64,000 bases of DNA, taken from assembly GCA_045047115.1 (NCBI GenBank), contig JASFYR010000008.1, positions 64,001-128,000 on the forward strand, written 5' to 3'. Origin of the DNA: Sulfurospirillum sp. (GTDB taxonomy: Bacteria; Campylobacterota; Campylobacteria; Campylobacterales; Sulfurospirillaceae). How positions within the stretch are numbered: position 1 is the stretch's first letter; every line of letters starts with the position of its first letter. A program made the position numbers and the translations under genes. The notes under the pieces were generated by a model. That model saw nothing but the letters and a program-made list of their open reading frames with translations, did not search any database and was not told where the DNA came from. This document shows, in pieces, positions 56,447 to 64,000 of this stretch.

Positions 56447-57002
56447 TATAGTATTTGAAAACAAACAGGATTTTAGAAAATTCTGTAAAAACAGACTAAA
56501 AAACAGTAGAAACAAAATCAAAAGAGATGTGCTTGTAAACCAAAAATTGCTAAATTATATAGATGAAATAAAAGCTAAAAACATACTGTTATATTTGCCT
56601 TTAAAAGAGGAGGCAAATATAATCAAACTTCTTCAAACAATCAGAAAAAGAGATCGATGCACTGTTTCTGTTCCATTTATGGAAGGTGTCAGCTTTAAAA
56701 TGGTAAAATTTAGGTTGCCTCTGTATATAAAGAAATTTAATATAAAAGAGCCTAAAAATTCTTTTGCTATAAGCAAAAGGATAGATTTAGCTATTGTTCC
56801 ATCTCTTGGGGTAGATGGAGTATTTAGAAGAATTGGTTTCGGAAAAGGGATGTATGATAGATTTTTTGAATCTCTTCCTTATAGACCAAAGATAGCATTT
56901 GTAGAGTCGGTTGAGTGTTTTACAGCTTCACATGTAGGAGAGTCACACGATATACAAGCAGATATATATATAACCCCTTATAAAATAATGAGACGAGGGT
57001 AA
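56439..57002 (+). CDS. ygfA: 5-formyltetrahydrofolate cyclo-ligase
   Basis: K..FRK, Y.P...E, I.EP, IDLAIVP..G.D....RIGFG.G.YDRF, HD...D. Confidence 0.9.
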   Translation: MKNIVFENKQDFRKFCKNRLKNSRNKIKRDVLVNQKLLNYIDEIKAKNILLYLPLKEEANIIKLLQTIRKRDRCTVSVPFMEGVSFKMVKFRLPLYIKKFNIKEPKNSFAISKRIDLAIVPSLGVDGVFRRIGFGKGMYDRFFESLPYRPKIAFVESVECFTASHVGESHDIQADIYITPYKIMRRG

Positions 57003-57004
57003 AG

Positions 57005-58561
57005 ATGATATTAGAATCAACCGTAGTTGGTGTAAGCGCCATAGTGGGTGCTGGGATAGGGTTTTTTGCTGCAAAAAAAATAGAAGCGGCAAATTATGAG
57101 GTGCATGTAGAACAGGCAAAAGCAAAGGCAAAAGCGATAGAACATGAAGCTGAGCTCATACTGAAAAATAGCAACATAAAAGTAAAAGAGGCTGAACTGG
57201 AAGCCAGACAAAAGTATGAAGATAAACTCATAACATACAAGAAAGAGTACTCCGGAAAGATGTTGGATCTTGAGAAAAAAGAGGAACATTTTAAAGAGGA
57301 ACTCAAAAAGATAAACAAAGAAAAGAGTGAACTTGGCAATATACAAAAAGAGGCAAAAGAGCTATATGCCGAGGGAGAAAAACTCAAAAACGAATATACC
57401 AGCAAAGTTCAGGAAGCCTTGAATGTACTCGAAAAATCTGCAGGTCTTACTCAAAGTGAAGCAAGAGATATAGTCCTCAAAAAAGTAGAAGAGCAATCTC
57501 GTTCAGAGATAGCCCATATAGTCAGAAAATACGAAGAAGAAGCAAAGCAGGATGTAAGAAGAAGAGTAAACTATATACTGGCTCAAGCTACAAGTAGATT
57601 TGCCGGTGAATTTGCGGCAGAGAGACTCATAAATGTTGTAAATATAAAAAATGATGAATTAAAAGGCAGGATAATAGGAAAAGAGGGAAGAAATATAAAA
57701 GCTCTAGAGATGCTTTTGGGTGTGGATATCATCATAGATGATACACCAAATGCTATCATTCTGAGCAGTTTTAACCTCTATAGAAGAGCTGTTGCTACCA
57801 AAGTTATAGAGCTTTTGGTGGAAGATGGAAGAATCCAGCCAGCCAGAATTGAAGCGATATATGAAAAAGTAAAAGAGGAGTTTGACAAAGGCTTGATAGA
57901 AGAGGGTGAAAATATCCTTATGGATTTAGGTCTCACAAAAGTACATCCTGAGATAGTTAAGCTCATAGGAAGACTAAAATTTAGAGCAAGTTATGGACAA
58001 AATGCTCTTGGGCACTCACTAGAAGTCGCACATCTTGCAGGCATCATAGCAGCAGAGTGCGGTGGAGACGAGATGCTAGCTAGAAGAGCTGGAATTCTAC
58101 ACGACATAGGAAAAGCACTTACTCATGATTTTCCTGGAAGCCATGTTGACTTGGGTGCTGATATATGTAAAAGATACAAAGAGAAAGATGTTGTTATTAA
58201 TGCCATCTATGCGCACCACGGACACGAAGAGCCGACAAGTGTAGAATCAGCTGCAGTTTGTGCAGCAGATACACTCTCAGCTGCCAGACCGGGAGCCAGA
58301 AGAGAAGTGCTGGAGGCATTTTTGAAGAGGGTCAAGAGTATAGAAGAGATAGCCACCGATAAAGACGGTATAAAACAGGCTTATGCTATAAACGCCGGAA
58401 GAGAAGTCAGAGTCATAGCAAATGCCAAGCTTGTAAATGATGATGAGGCTGTGCTTTTGGCAAAAGAGATAGCAAAAGAGATAGAAGAAAAAGTGCAGTA
58501 TCCGGGTGAAATTAAAGTCAATGTTATAAGAGAAGTTCGTTCTATCGACTTTGCCAGATAG
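57005..58561 (+). CDS. rny: Ribonuclease Y
   Basis: TM, coiled coil, KH (KGRIIGKEGRNI), HD (SYGQN.L.HS, LHDIGK, AD.LSAARPGAR). Confidence 0.97.
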   Translation: MILESTVVGVSAIVGAGIGFFAAKKIEAANYEVHVEQAKAKAKAIEHEAELILKNSNIKVKEAELEARQKYEDKLITYKKEYSGKMLDLEKKEEHFKEELKKINKEKSELGNIQKEAKELYAEGEKLKNEYTSKVQEALNVLEKSAGLTQSEARDIVLKKVEEQSRSEIAHIVRKYEEEAKQDVRRRVNYILAQATSRFAGEFAAERLINVVNIKNDELKGRIIGKEGRNIKALEMLLGVDIIIDDTPNAIILSSFNLYRRAVATKVIELLVEDGRIQPARIEAIYEKVKEEFDKGLIEEGENILMDLGLTKVHPEIVKLIGRLKFRASYGQNALGHSLEVAHLAGIIAAECGGDEMLARRAGILHDIGKALTHDFPGSHVDLGADICKRYKEKDVVINAIYAHHGHEEPTSVESAAVCAADTLSAARPGARREVLEAFLKRVKSIEEIATDKDGIKQAYAINAGREVRVIANAKLVNDDEAVLLAKEIAKEIEEKVQYPGEIKVNVIREVRSIDFAR

Positions 58562-58588
58562 CTCTATATGTAGAGGTGAATTTTAGAT

Positions 58589-60352
58589 ATGTACAGCTTC
58601 GATAAGTTTTTTGAAGAAGCTAAGAGATATAAAAAAGAGCTGATATATGCAAATGTATTGGCTCTTCTTGCTGTTATAGTCAGTACTCCCGCGCCTCTTG
58701 TTATGCCTGTTCTTGTAGATGAAGTTTTACTTAAGAAGCCAGGCATCGTTACAAACAGCATAGATGCTTTTTTTGGTCATCCTTCTACAGCTTATGTTTA
58801 TGTCGGGATAATGCTTGTTTTGGTTATCTTGCTTCGGGCTTTGTATTTTATTTTGAATTATTATCAAACAAAACTTTTTACTGTGGTTTCTAAAAATATC
58901 TCTTTTAAACTAAGAGAGGATTTATTGAAACATTTAAGCTGTGTTGCTATAAATGAGTTGGAATTTTTTGGCTCAGGCAAGAGTGCCTCTTTGATGGTGG
59001 TTGATGTAGATACTATAGAGAACTTTTTGGGCTCATTTGTGAGTCGTCTCATCATCTCTGTTTTGACCATCATCGGAGTTGGTATTGTCCTTTTGATGAT
59101 TCAATGGAAATTAGCACTTTTTATACTCTTTTTAAATCCATTTGTTGTAGTTTTGACAACAAAAATAGCCAAAAAAGTCTCTGTCTTAAAGAGAGAGCAA
59201 AACAGAGCTTTTGAAGTTTTTCAAGAGTCTTTAAGCGAAACATTGGAGCTTTTTTCTCAGGTAAGAGCTGCAAATCAAGATAAAAATTTTTTCTCAAGAG
59301 TGATAACCAGCGCAAAAGAGATAAAAAACAAATCGATAGAGTTTACCTATAAAAGTGACGGCGCAAGCAGACTCTCATTTTTGGTATTTTTGTCAGGTTT
59401 TGAAGTTTTTAGAGCAGCTAGTATTTTGGTGGTTGCGTATTCGGACCTGACTATCGGTTTAATGTTGGGAATCTTTGGTTATCTTTGGGTTATGATGAAT
59501 CCTATCCAGGATATTTTAAATATCCAGTATGCATATCAAAATGCAAGAAAATCTCTACAAAGAATCAACTCTATATTTGCTCTTAGGTGCGAACCGCAAT
59601 ATAAACACAAATACAATCCTTTTGTAAAAAATCCAACAAATAAAATAGAGGTAAAAAATTTAACATTTGCTTATGAAGATGAAAAAAATATACTCCAAAA
59701 TATAAATCTAAAGATTAGAAGAGGTATGAAAATCGCAATAGTCGGCGCAAGTGGGAGTGGCAAGACTACCTTGGCAAATCTACTGGTCGGACTGTATGCT
59801 TTTGAAAAAGGAGATATACTTTATGATGACTGTTCTATCAAAGATATAGGCTTGGATGTGGTAAGAGACCATGTTTATCTTGTTTTGCAAAATCCACAAA
59901 TGTTCAACGACACTATCAGGGCAAATTTGACATTTGGTGAAAAAGTAGATGATGAAAAGCTGTATAAGGCTTTAGAGATAGCGCAATTGGGTGGTTTTAT
60001 CGAAGAGTTAAAAAATGGACTTGACACACAGATAGGCAGAAATGGTGTCAAACTTTCAGGTGGACAGAGACAGAGGATATCTATAGCCAGGATGATAGTT
60101 CAAAATCCAAATATAGTCATACTGGACGAGTCCACATCGGCACTTGATGTGCATACGGAAAATAGACTGTTTGAGTCGTTAAATGATTATTTAAAAGATA
60201 AGACTACAATTATAATAGCACATAGACTAAGCACCATAAGAAAAGCTGACTATATCTATGTGTTGGATCACGGAGTTATAGAAGAAGAGGGCACTCATGA
60301 CGAGCTGATGAGCTTGGAAGGTACATTTTACAGTTATACAAAAGGAGTTTAA
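58589..60352 (+). CDS. ABC exporter, fused permease and ATP-binding domains
   Basis: 6-TM N-domain, GASGSGKTT, LSGGQRQR, ILDESTSALD, IAHRLST. Confidence 0.93.
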   Translation: MYSFDKFFEEAKRYKKELIYANVLALLAVIVSTPAPLVMPVLVDEVLLKKPGIVTNSIDAFFGHPSTAYVYVGIMLVLVILLRALYFILNYYQTKLFTVVSKNISFKLREDLLKHLSCVAINELEFFGSGKSASLMVVDVDTIENFLGSFVSRLIISVLTIIGVGIVLLMIQWKLALFILFLNPFVVVLTTKIAKKVSVLKREQNRAFEVFQESLSETLELFSQVRAANQDKNFFSRVITSAKEIKNKSIEFTYKSDGASRLSFLVFLSGFEVFRAASILVVAYSDLTIGLMLGIFGYLWVMMNPIQDILNIQYAYQNARKSLQRINSIFALRCEPQYKHKYNPFVKNPTNKIEVKNLTFAYEDEKNILQNINLKIRRGMKIAIVGASGSGKTTLANLLVGLYAFEKGDILYDDCSIKDIGLDVVRDHVYLVLQNPQMFNDTIRANLTFGEKVDDEKLYKALEIAQLGGFIEELKNGLDTQIGRNGVKLSGGQRQRISIARMIVQNPNIVILDESTSALDVHTENRLFESLNDYLKDKTTIIIAHRLSTIRKADYIYVLDHGVIEEEGTHDELMSLEGTFYSYTKGV

Positions 60353-60354
60353 AT

Positions 60355-61011
60355 ATGAAAAGGATTCTGTTTTTATTTATGTCAGTTTTGCTGTTTTCGA
60401 GTAGTTTGTTTGCAGGAGCAAATGAAGAGTTGCTTGATTCAGCAAACAGTTTAAAAGAGATACTAAGAGTAAATAAGATACCAACAAAAATACTCTTAAG
60501 ATCAAAAGCGATAGTAGTAATCCCAAGTGCCACAAAGATAGGCTTTTTTATCGGTGGTGAGTTTGGAAACGGGGTTGCTAGCATAAGAAAGGGTGATGGA
60601 TCTTGGAGCAATCCTTTCTTTGTGAAACTTCAAAGTGGCAGTTTGGGCTGGCAGTTTGGATATGAACATAACTCTGTTTTGCTGATTTTCAATAGTACCA
60701 AAAGTGTAAATTCACTATTGAGCAGAAGCATAACTATGGGTGCAGATGCCTCTGTATCAGCAGGTCCTCTTGCTAAGACTTTTGAGAAAAACAGCAAGAT
60801 AAATCTTAGTGCAGAAGTTTATGCTTATAGAAAATCAGAAGGTCTGTTTTTGGGTGTTTCGCTAAAAGGAGCTGTTATAAATCAAGATTTGGACAGAGAT
60901 ATAGAGTACTATGGCAATGGCATAAAAGCAGCAGGTATTGTAGCGATGCCTCAAAAACACGACTCTTATGCCATAAAAGAGTTCTTTAGTTCCATAAATA
61001 CTATACAATAA
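60355..61011 (+). CDS. Lipid-binding SYLF (Ysc84) domain protein
   Basis: IP..IL...KAI.VIP...K.GF.IGG..G.G, WS.P, S.G.Q.G, S.GLF.GVSL.G. Confidence 0.9.
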   Translation: MKRILFLFMSVLLFSSSLFAGANEELLDSANSLKEILRVNKIPTKILLRSKAIVVIPSATKIGFFIGGEFGNGVASIRKGDGSWSNPFFVKLQSGSLGWQFGYEHNSVLLIFNSTKSVNSLLSRSITMGADASVSAGPLAKTFEKNSKINLSAEVYAYRKSEGLFLGVSLKGAVINQDLDRDIEYYGNGIKAAGIVAMPQKHDSYAIKEFFSSINTIQ

Positions 61012-61019
61012 GGAAAAAT

Positions 61020-61592
61020 TTGCAAGATATATTAAATTCACTATCAACCTATGGGTACATAATCTTATTTATATACTCTCTAGGTGGTGGTATGGTAGCA
61101 CTTATAGCTGCCGGTGTACTCTCTTACTCTGGACAGATGGATTTGAGTCTCTCTATTTTAGTGGCTTTCGTGGCAAATGCCATAGGGGATTCACTGCTTT
61201 TTTATATAAGTAGATACAACAAAGCCCAAATGATGCCATATCTGAAAAAACACAGAAGAAAGTTGGCTTTGAGTCACCTTTTGATGAAGAAGTATGGAGA
61301 TAAAATCATCTTTTTTCAAAAATTTGTTTATGGGATAAAGACACTCATTCCTATAGCCATAGGATTCACAAAATACAGTGCTTTTAAGTTTAATGCTTTA
61401 AATATAATCTCAGCAGCACTTTGGAGTCTTATAGTGGCATTTGCAAGCTATAAAGCAGGAGAGACTTTGATGAAAGCAAGCAAATACATTTCGTCAAATC
61501 CTTGGCTCGCACCTTTGATACTCATATCGCTTTTAGGACTGTTGTGGCTCTATATGCAGTTAGCAACAAAGAAGAAGAAGAGAGTGGTTTAA
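61020..61592 (+). CDS. DedA family membrane protein
   Basis: YGY.ILF.YSLGGG, AN..GD.LLFY..R, KYG..IIF.QKF.YG.KT. Confidence 0.88.
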   Translation: MQDILNSLSTYGYIILFIYSLGGGMVALIAAGVLSYSGQMDLSLSILVAFVANAIGDSLLFYISRYNKAQMMPYLKKHRRKLALSHLLMKKYGDKIIFFQKFVYGIKTLIPIAIGFTKYSAFKFNALNIISAALWSLIVAFASYKAGETLMKASKYISSNPWLAPLILISLLGLLWLYMQLATKKKKRVV

Positions 61593-61603
61593 ACTCCACT
61601 CTC
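61580..61603. terminator. Hairpin between convergent dedA and ppiB
   Basis: GAGAGTGG-TTTAAACT-CCACTCTC. Confidence 0.5.
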
Positions 61604-61615
61604 AAATATTTTATA

Positions 61616-62107
61616 CTATAGGCTCTCTTTTATCTCTATACTCTCTATCTTGTCACCTTGTTGTATGGCATCAAGGACTTTCATACTCTCCTCATCACCA
61701 TCTTCTATACCGCCAAAGACTGTGTGGACACCATCTAGGTGTGGTAGGTTGTCATAACAGATAAAAAACTGGCTTCCACCTGTGTCTCTTCCTGCGTGAG
61801 CCATGGAGAGCTTTCCTTTTGAGTGTTTGCTTGTTTGGTTATCGCACTCACAAGCTATACTCCAGCCAGGACCACCTGTGCCAGTTCCCAAAGGACATCC
61901 GCCTTGGGCTACAAAGCCTGGAATCACTCTGTGAAAATTCAATCCATTGTAAAAACCGTCATTTACCAAGCTGGCAAAGTTTGCAACAGTATTTGGAGTC
62001 TCCTGCGGATATAGTTTTACTCTCATTTCACCATCTTTTGTTTTAATGACAGCCCACTGAAACTTGTTTAGTTCCTCTTGTGTATAGTCGTATTTTTTTA
62101 AACTCAT
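61616..62107 (-). CDS. ppiB: Cyclophilin-type peptidyl-prolyl cis-trans isomerase
   Basis: P.TVANF, FY.GL.FHRVIPGFV.QGG, LSMAHAGRDTGGSQFFI, LDG.HTVFG. Confidence 0.93.
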   Translation of the reverse strand: MSLKKYDYTQEELNKFQWAVIKTKDGEMRVKLYPQETPNTVANFASLVNDGFYNGLNFHRVIPGFVAQGGCPLGTGTGGPGWSIACECDNQTSKHSKGKLSMAHAGRDTGGSQFFICYDNLPHLDGVHTVFGGIEDGDEESMKVLDAIQQGDKIESIEIKESL

Positions 62108-62144
62108 TTTTTTGCCTTTGTAAAAATTTTGAAGCTAATTATAT

Positions 62145-62780
62145 CTAAAGTAGAGTTAATTTTCCATTTTTTACTTCGTAAGTTTTGTCTGCTATTTTTT
62201 TGCAGTCATCTAACTCGTGAGTGACCATTATAGTACATATCTGTTTTGTTTTTGTGATATTTTTTACAAGTTTTAGCATATGCTCTCTGGTGTTAAAATC
62301 AAGTCCGGTAAATGGCTCATCAAGCAGCAGTACAGGTTTGTTTCTTAAAAGCGATCTGGCAAGCGCTACTCTTTGTTGCTGACCGCCTGAGAGGGTTGAG
62401 GCAATTTTTTTTTCAAAGCCTTCGAGTCCTACCTCTTTAAGAATTTCATATACTTTTTTCAATATATTATTTTTACAAGAGCCACTTATGCCCAAAAGTA
62501 CATTTCTTTCAACACTCAAATGTTCAAATAAATTGTAATTTTGAAACAGTATCGTGACAGGTCTCTTTTCCGGTGGAAGATGAGTCAAATCTTTTTCATC
62601 AAGAGTTATTTTACCGCCAACTGGCGATAAGAAACCGGCTACCAGATCCAAAAGCGTGGATTTTCCATTGCCGCTTGCTCCTATGATGCCCACCACTTCC
62701 CCTTTTTTTGCATCCAGTGAAAAATCATATCTGTCTTCATCTTTATAATTATAAACAACTCTATCAACTCTTAACAACAC
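62145..62780 (-). CDS. thiQ: Thiamine ABC transporter ATP-binding protein
   Basis: GASGNGKSTLL, PPEKRPV..LFQ.YNLF.HL, LSGGQQQRVALAR, LLLDEPF; downstream of thiP; GTG start after AAGGA. Confidence 0.82.
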   Translation of the reverse strand: MLLRVDRVVYNYKDEDRYDFSLDAKKGEVVGIIGASGNGKSTLLDLVAGFLSPVGGKITLDEKDLTHLPPEKRPVTILFQNYNLFEHLSVERNVLLGISGSCKNNILKKVYEILKEVGLEGFEKKIASTLSGGQQQRVALARSLLRNKPVLLLDEPFTGLDFNTREHMLKLVKNITKTKQICTIMVTHELDDCKKIADKTYEVKNGKLTLL

Positions 62781-64000
62781 TTTTTCCTTTAAACAGTTTT
62801 GGTACAAATATAAAAACAGTCAAAACCAAAACAAGCAATATAAGCGCAACACCTGAAGCATCACTGTTTCGATATGAGCCCATGAGTCCATACAGATACC
62901 AAGGCAGGGTTGAAAAGTCTTGACTTCCGAAAAGAGATATGACTCCCAAATCACCCAGTGACAAGCAAAAAGAGAGGGCTAAAACATAGCCTATAGACTC
63001 TTTGAGATATGGCCATTCACAATATCTCCATCTTTCAAAGCCACTGATACCCAGACTGAAACACAGTTTATCATATCTTTTTGCAGTTTTTAGCATGGAT
63101 GGATACAAGACAGAGAGAGAAAAAGGCAGAGACATAAGGACATTTGCACTTAAGAGTGCGAAAATTGCCCAAAAAGTGAGTGGAGCTGAAAATCTCTGAG
63201 ACAAAAGAAAAAATCCAAGCCCTAAAACCAAAGAGGGTATAGCGAGATACAGAGTTCCCGAAAAAGAGATGACAAATGCTAGAAATCTTCCTGTTTTTCC
63301 TCCTCGTATGCGATGATTTAGTGCAAAATTTCTTTTAGAACCGGCAAGTGCCAGTGTAAACATAACCGTGATAATGCAAGATATGGAAGCTATAATGATG
63401 CTAGTGAAGAATGATTTGAAAAATATGGCTGATTTTATTATTCTTGTAAAATCAGATGTTATGCCATCAAAAAATATAGCGACTAAAGGCAGGATAAAAA
63501 ATAGACCAAATATAGTTATAGCAGTCTTTTGCAATGCTCTCACTCCAAATGGCTCTCTCCATGGTATGAGAAACTCTTGTGTTTTTATGTTTGATATACC
63601 TGTTTTTAAACTCGAAGAAAAGAGGACCAAAATCACAGATATGCCAAGCTGGACAAATGCCAACTCAAGCGCTAAAGATATATCAAAATCAAGCTTAACA
63701 GCTTCATATATGGCAACTTCAAGCGTATTGTAACTAGGGTTTCCGCCCAAGATCAAAACTATGGCAAATGAAGTAAAACAGAGTAAAAATATAGTAGAAG
63801 ATGTGCTAAAAAGGGTTGATTTTATAGCTGGAAACTCTATGATTTTAAATCTCTGAAGCGTGGAAAAACCCAAACTTTTTGCGAGTTTGTATCTCTCTTT
63901 TGGTATGGATTCAAAGCTGTGCAAAAGTGCTCTTGCGGCAAATGAGGCATTTAGATATGTGTGAGCTATCAGTATGCCGCTTAATCCATATAAAAACCCT
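62764..64000 (-). CDS. thiP: Thiamine ABC transporter permease ThiP (5' part outside the window)
   Basis: The frame stays open to the window edge (LYGL.GILIAH.YLN); FLLCFTSFAIVL.LGG.P...TLEVAIY, SLGDLGVI.LFGS..F.TLP..LY..MGSYR. Confidence 0.88.
   Translation of the reverse strand, partial: GFLYGLSGILIAHTYLNASFAARALLHSFESIPKERYKLAKSLGFSTLQRFKIIEFPAIKSTLFSTSSTIFLLCFTSFAIVLILGGNPSYNTLEVAIYEAVKLDFDISLALELAFVQLGISVILVLFSSSLKTGISNIKTQEFLIPWREPFGVRALQKTAITIFGLFFILPLVAIFFDGITSDFTRIIKSAIFFKSFFTSIIIASISCIITVMFTLALAGSKRNFALNHRIRGGKTGRFLAFVISFSGTLYLAIPSLVLGLGFFLLSQRFSAPLTFWAIFALLSANVLMSLPFSLSVLYPSMLKTAKRYDKLCFSLGISGFERWRYCEWPYLKESIGYVLALSFCLSLGDLGVISLFGSQDFSTLPWYLYGLMGSYRNSDASGVALILLVLVLTVFIFVPKLFKGKSVVKS

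Overview
AT-rich chromosomal segment of a free-living Campylobacterota (epsilonproteobacterial) bacterium, inferred from its gene set and syntenies (rpoD/flgF/flgG; ciaD-like-cca-purU; ftsY-radA-fliL-acpS; ygfA-rny) and from TGnTATAAT promoters. Most of the window is housekeeping: flagellar rod genes behind a sigma54 promoter, azlCD, ppaC, leuDB, cca, purU, trmL, glyS, amtB-glnK, metH, argD, rny, ppiB and a partial thiPQ. The stand-out feature is a complete 13-gene, ~9.3 kb minus-strand operon (37228-46510). It has the subunit set and signature motifs of the Mrp-containing MBX/MBS complex (membrane-bound sulfane reductase type, known from Thermococcales and Thermotogales). Its large subunit has neither the NiFe-binding CxxC pairs of hydrogenases nor the quinone-site motifs of complex I, mbxA sits at the end of the operon, and the cysteine pattern around the proximal Fe-S cluster is altered. 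Other notable items are a ~163-nt highly base-paired leader in front of a cytidylyltransferase that is divergently paired with a CDP-alcohol phosphotransferase, a dispersed sense-strand intergenic repeat family, a 114-bp palindromic element before leuD, two small ORFs below the ORF-track cut-off, an RxxxxH (HEPN-like) hypothetical protein, an isolated enolase and a heme-c sensor HD-GYP protein. No rRNA, tRNA, CRISPR array or intact transposase was seen. All homology calls come from motif recognition, not database searches.
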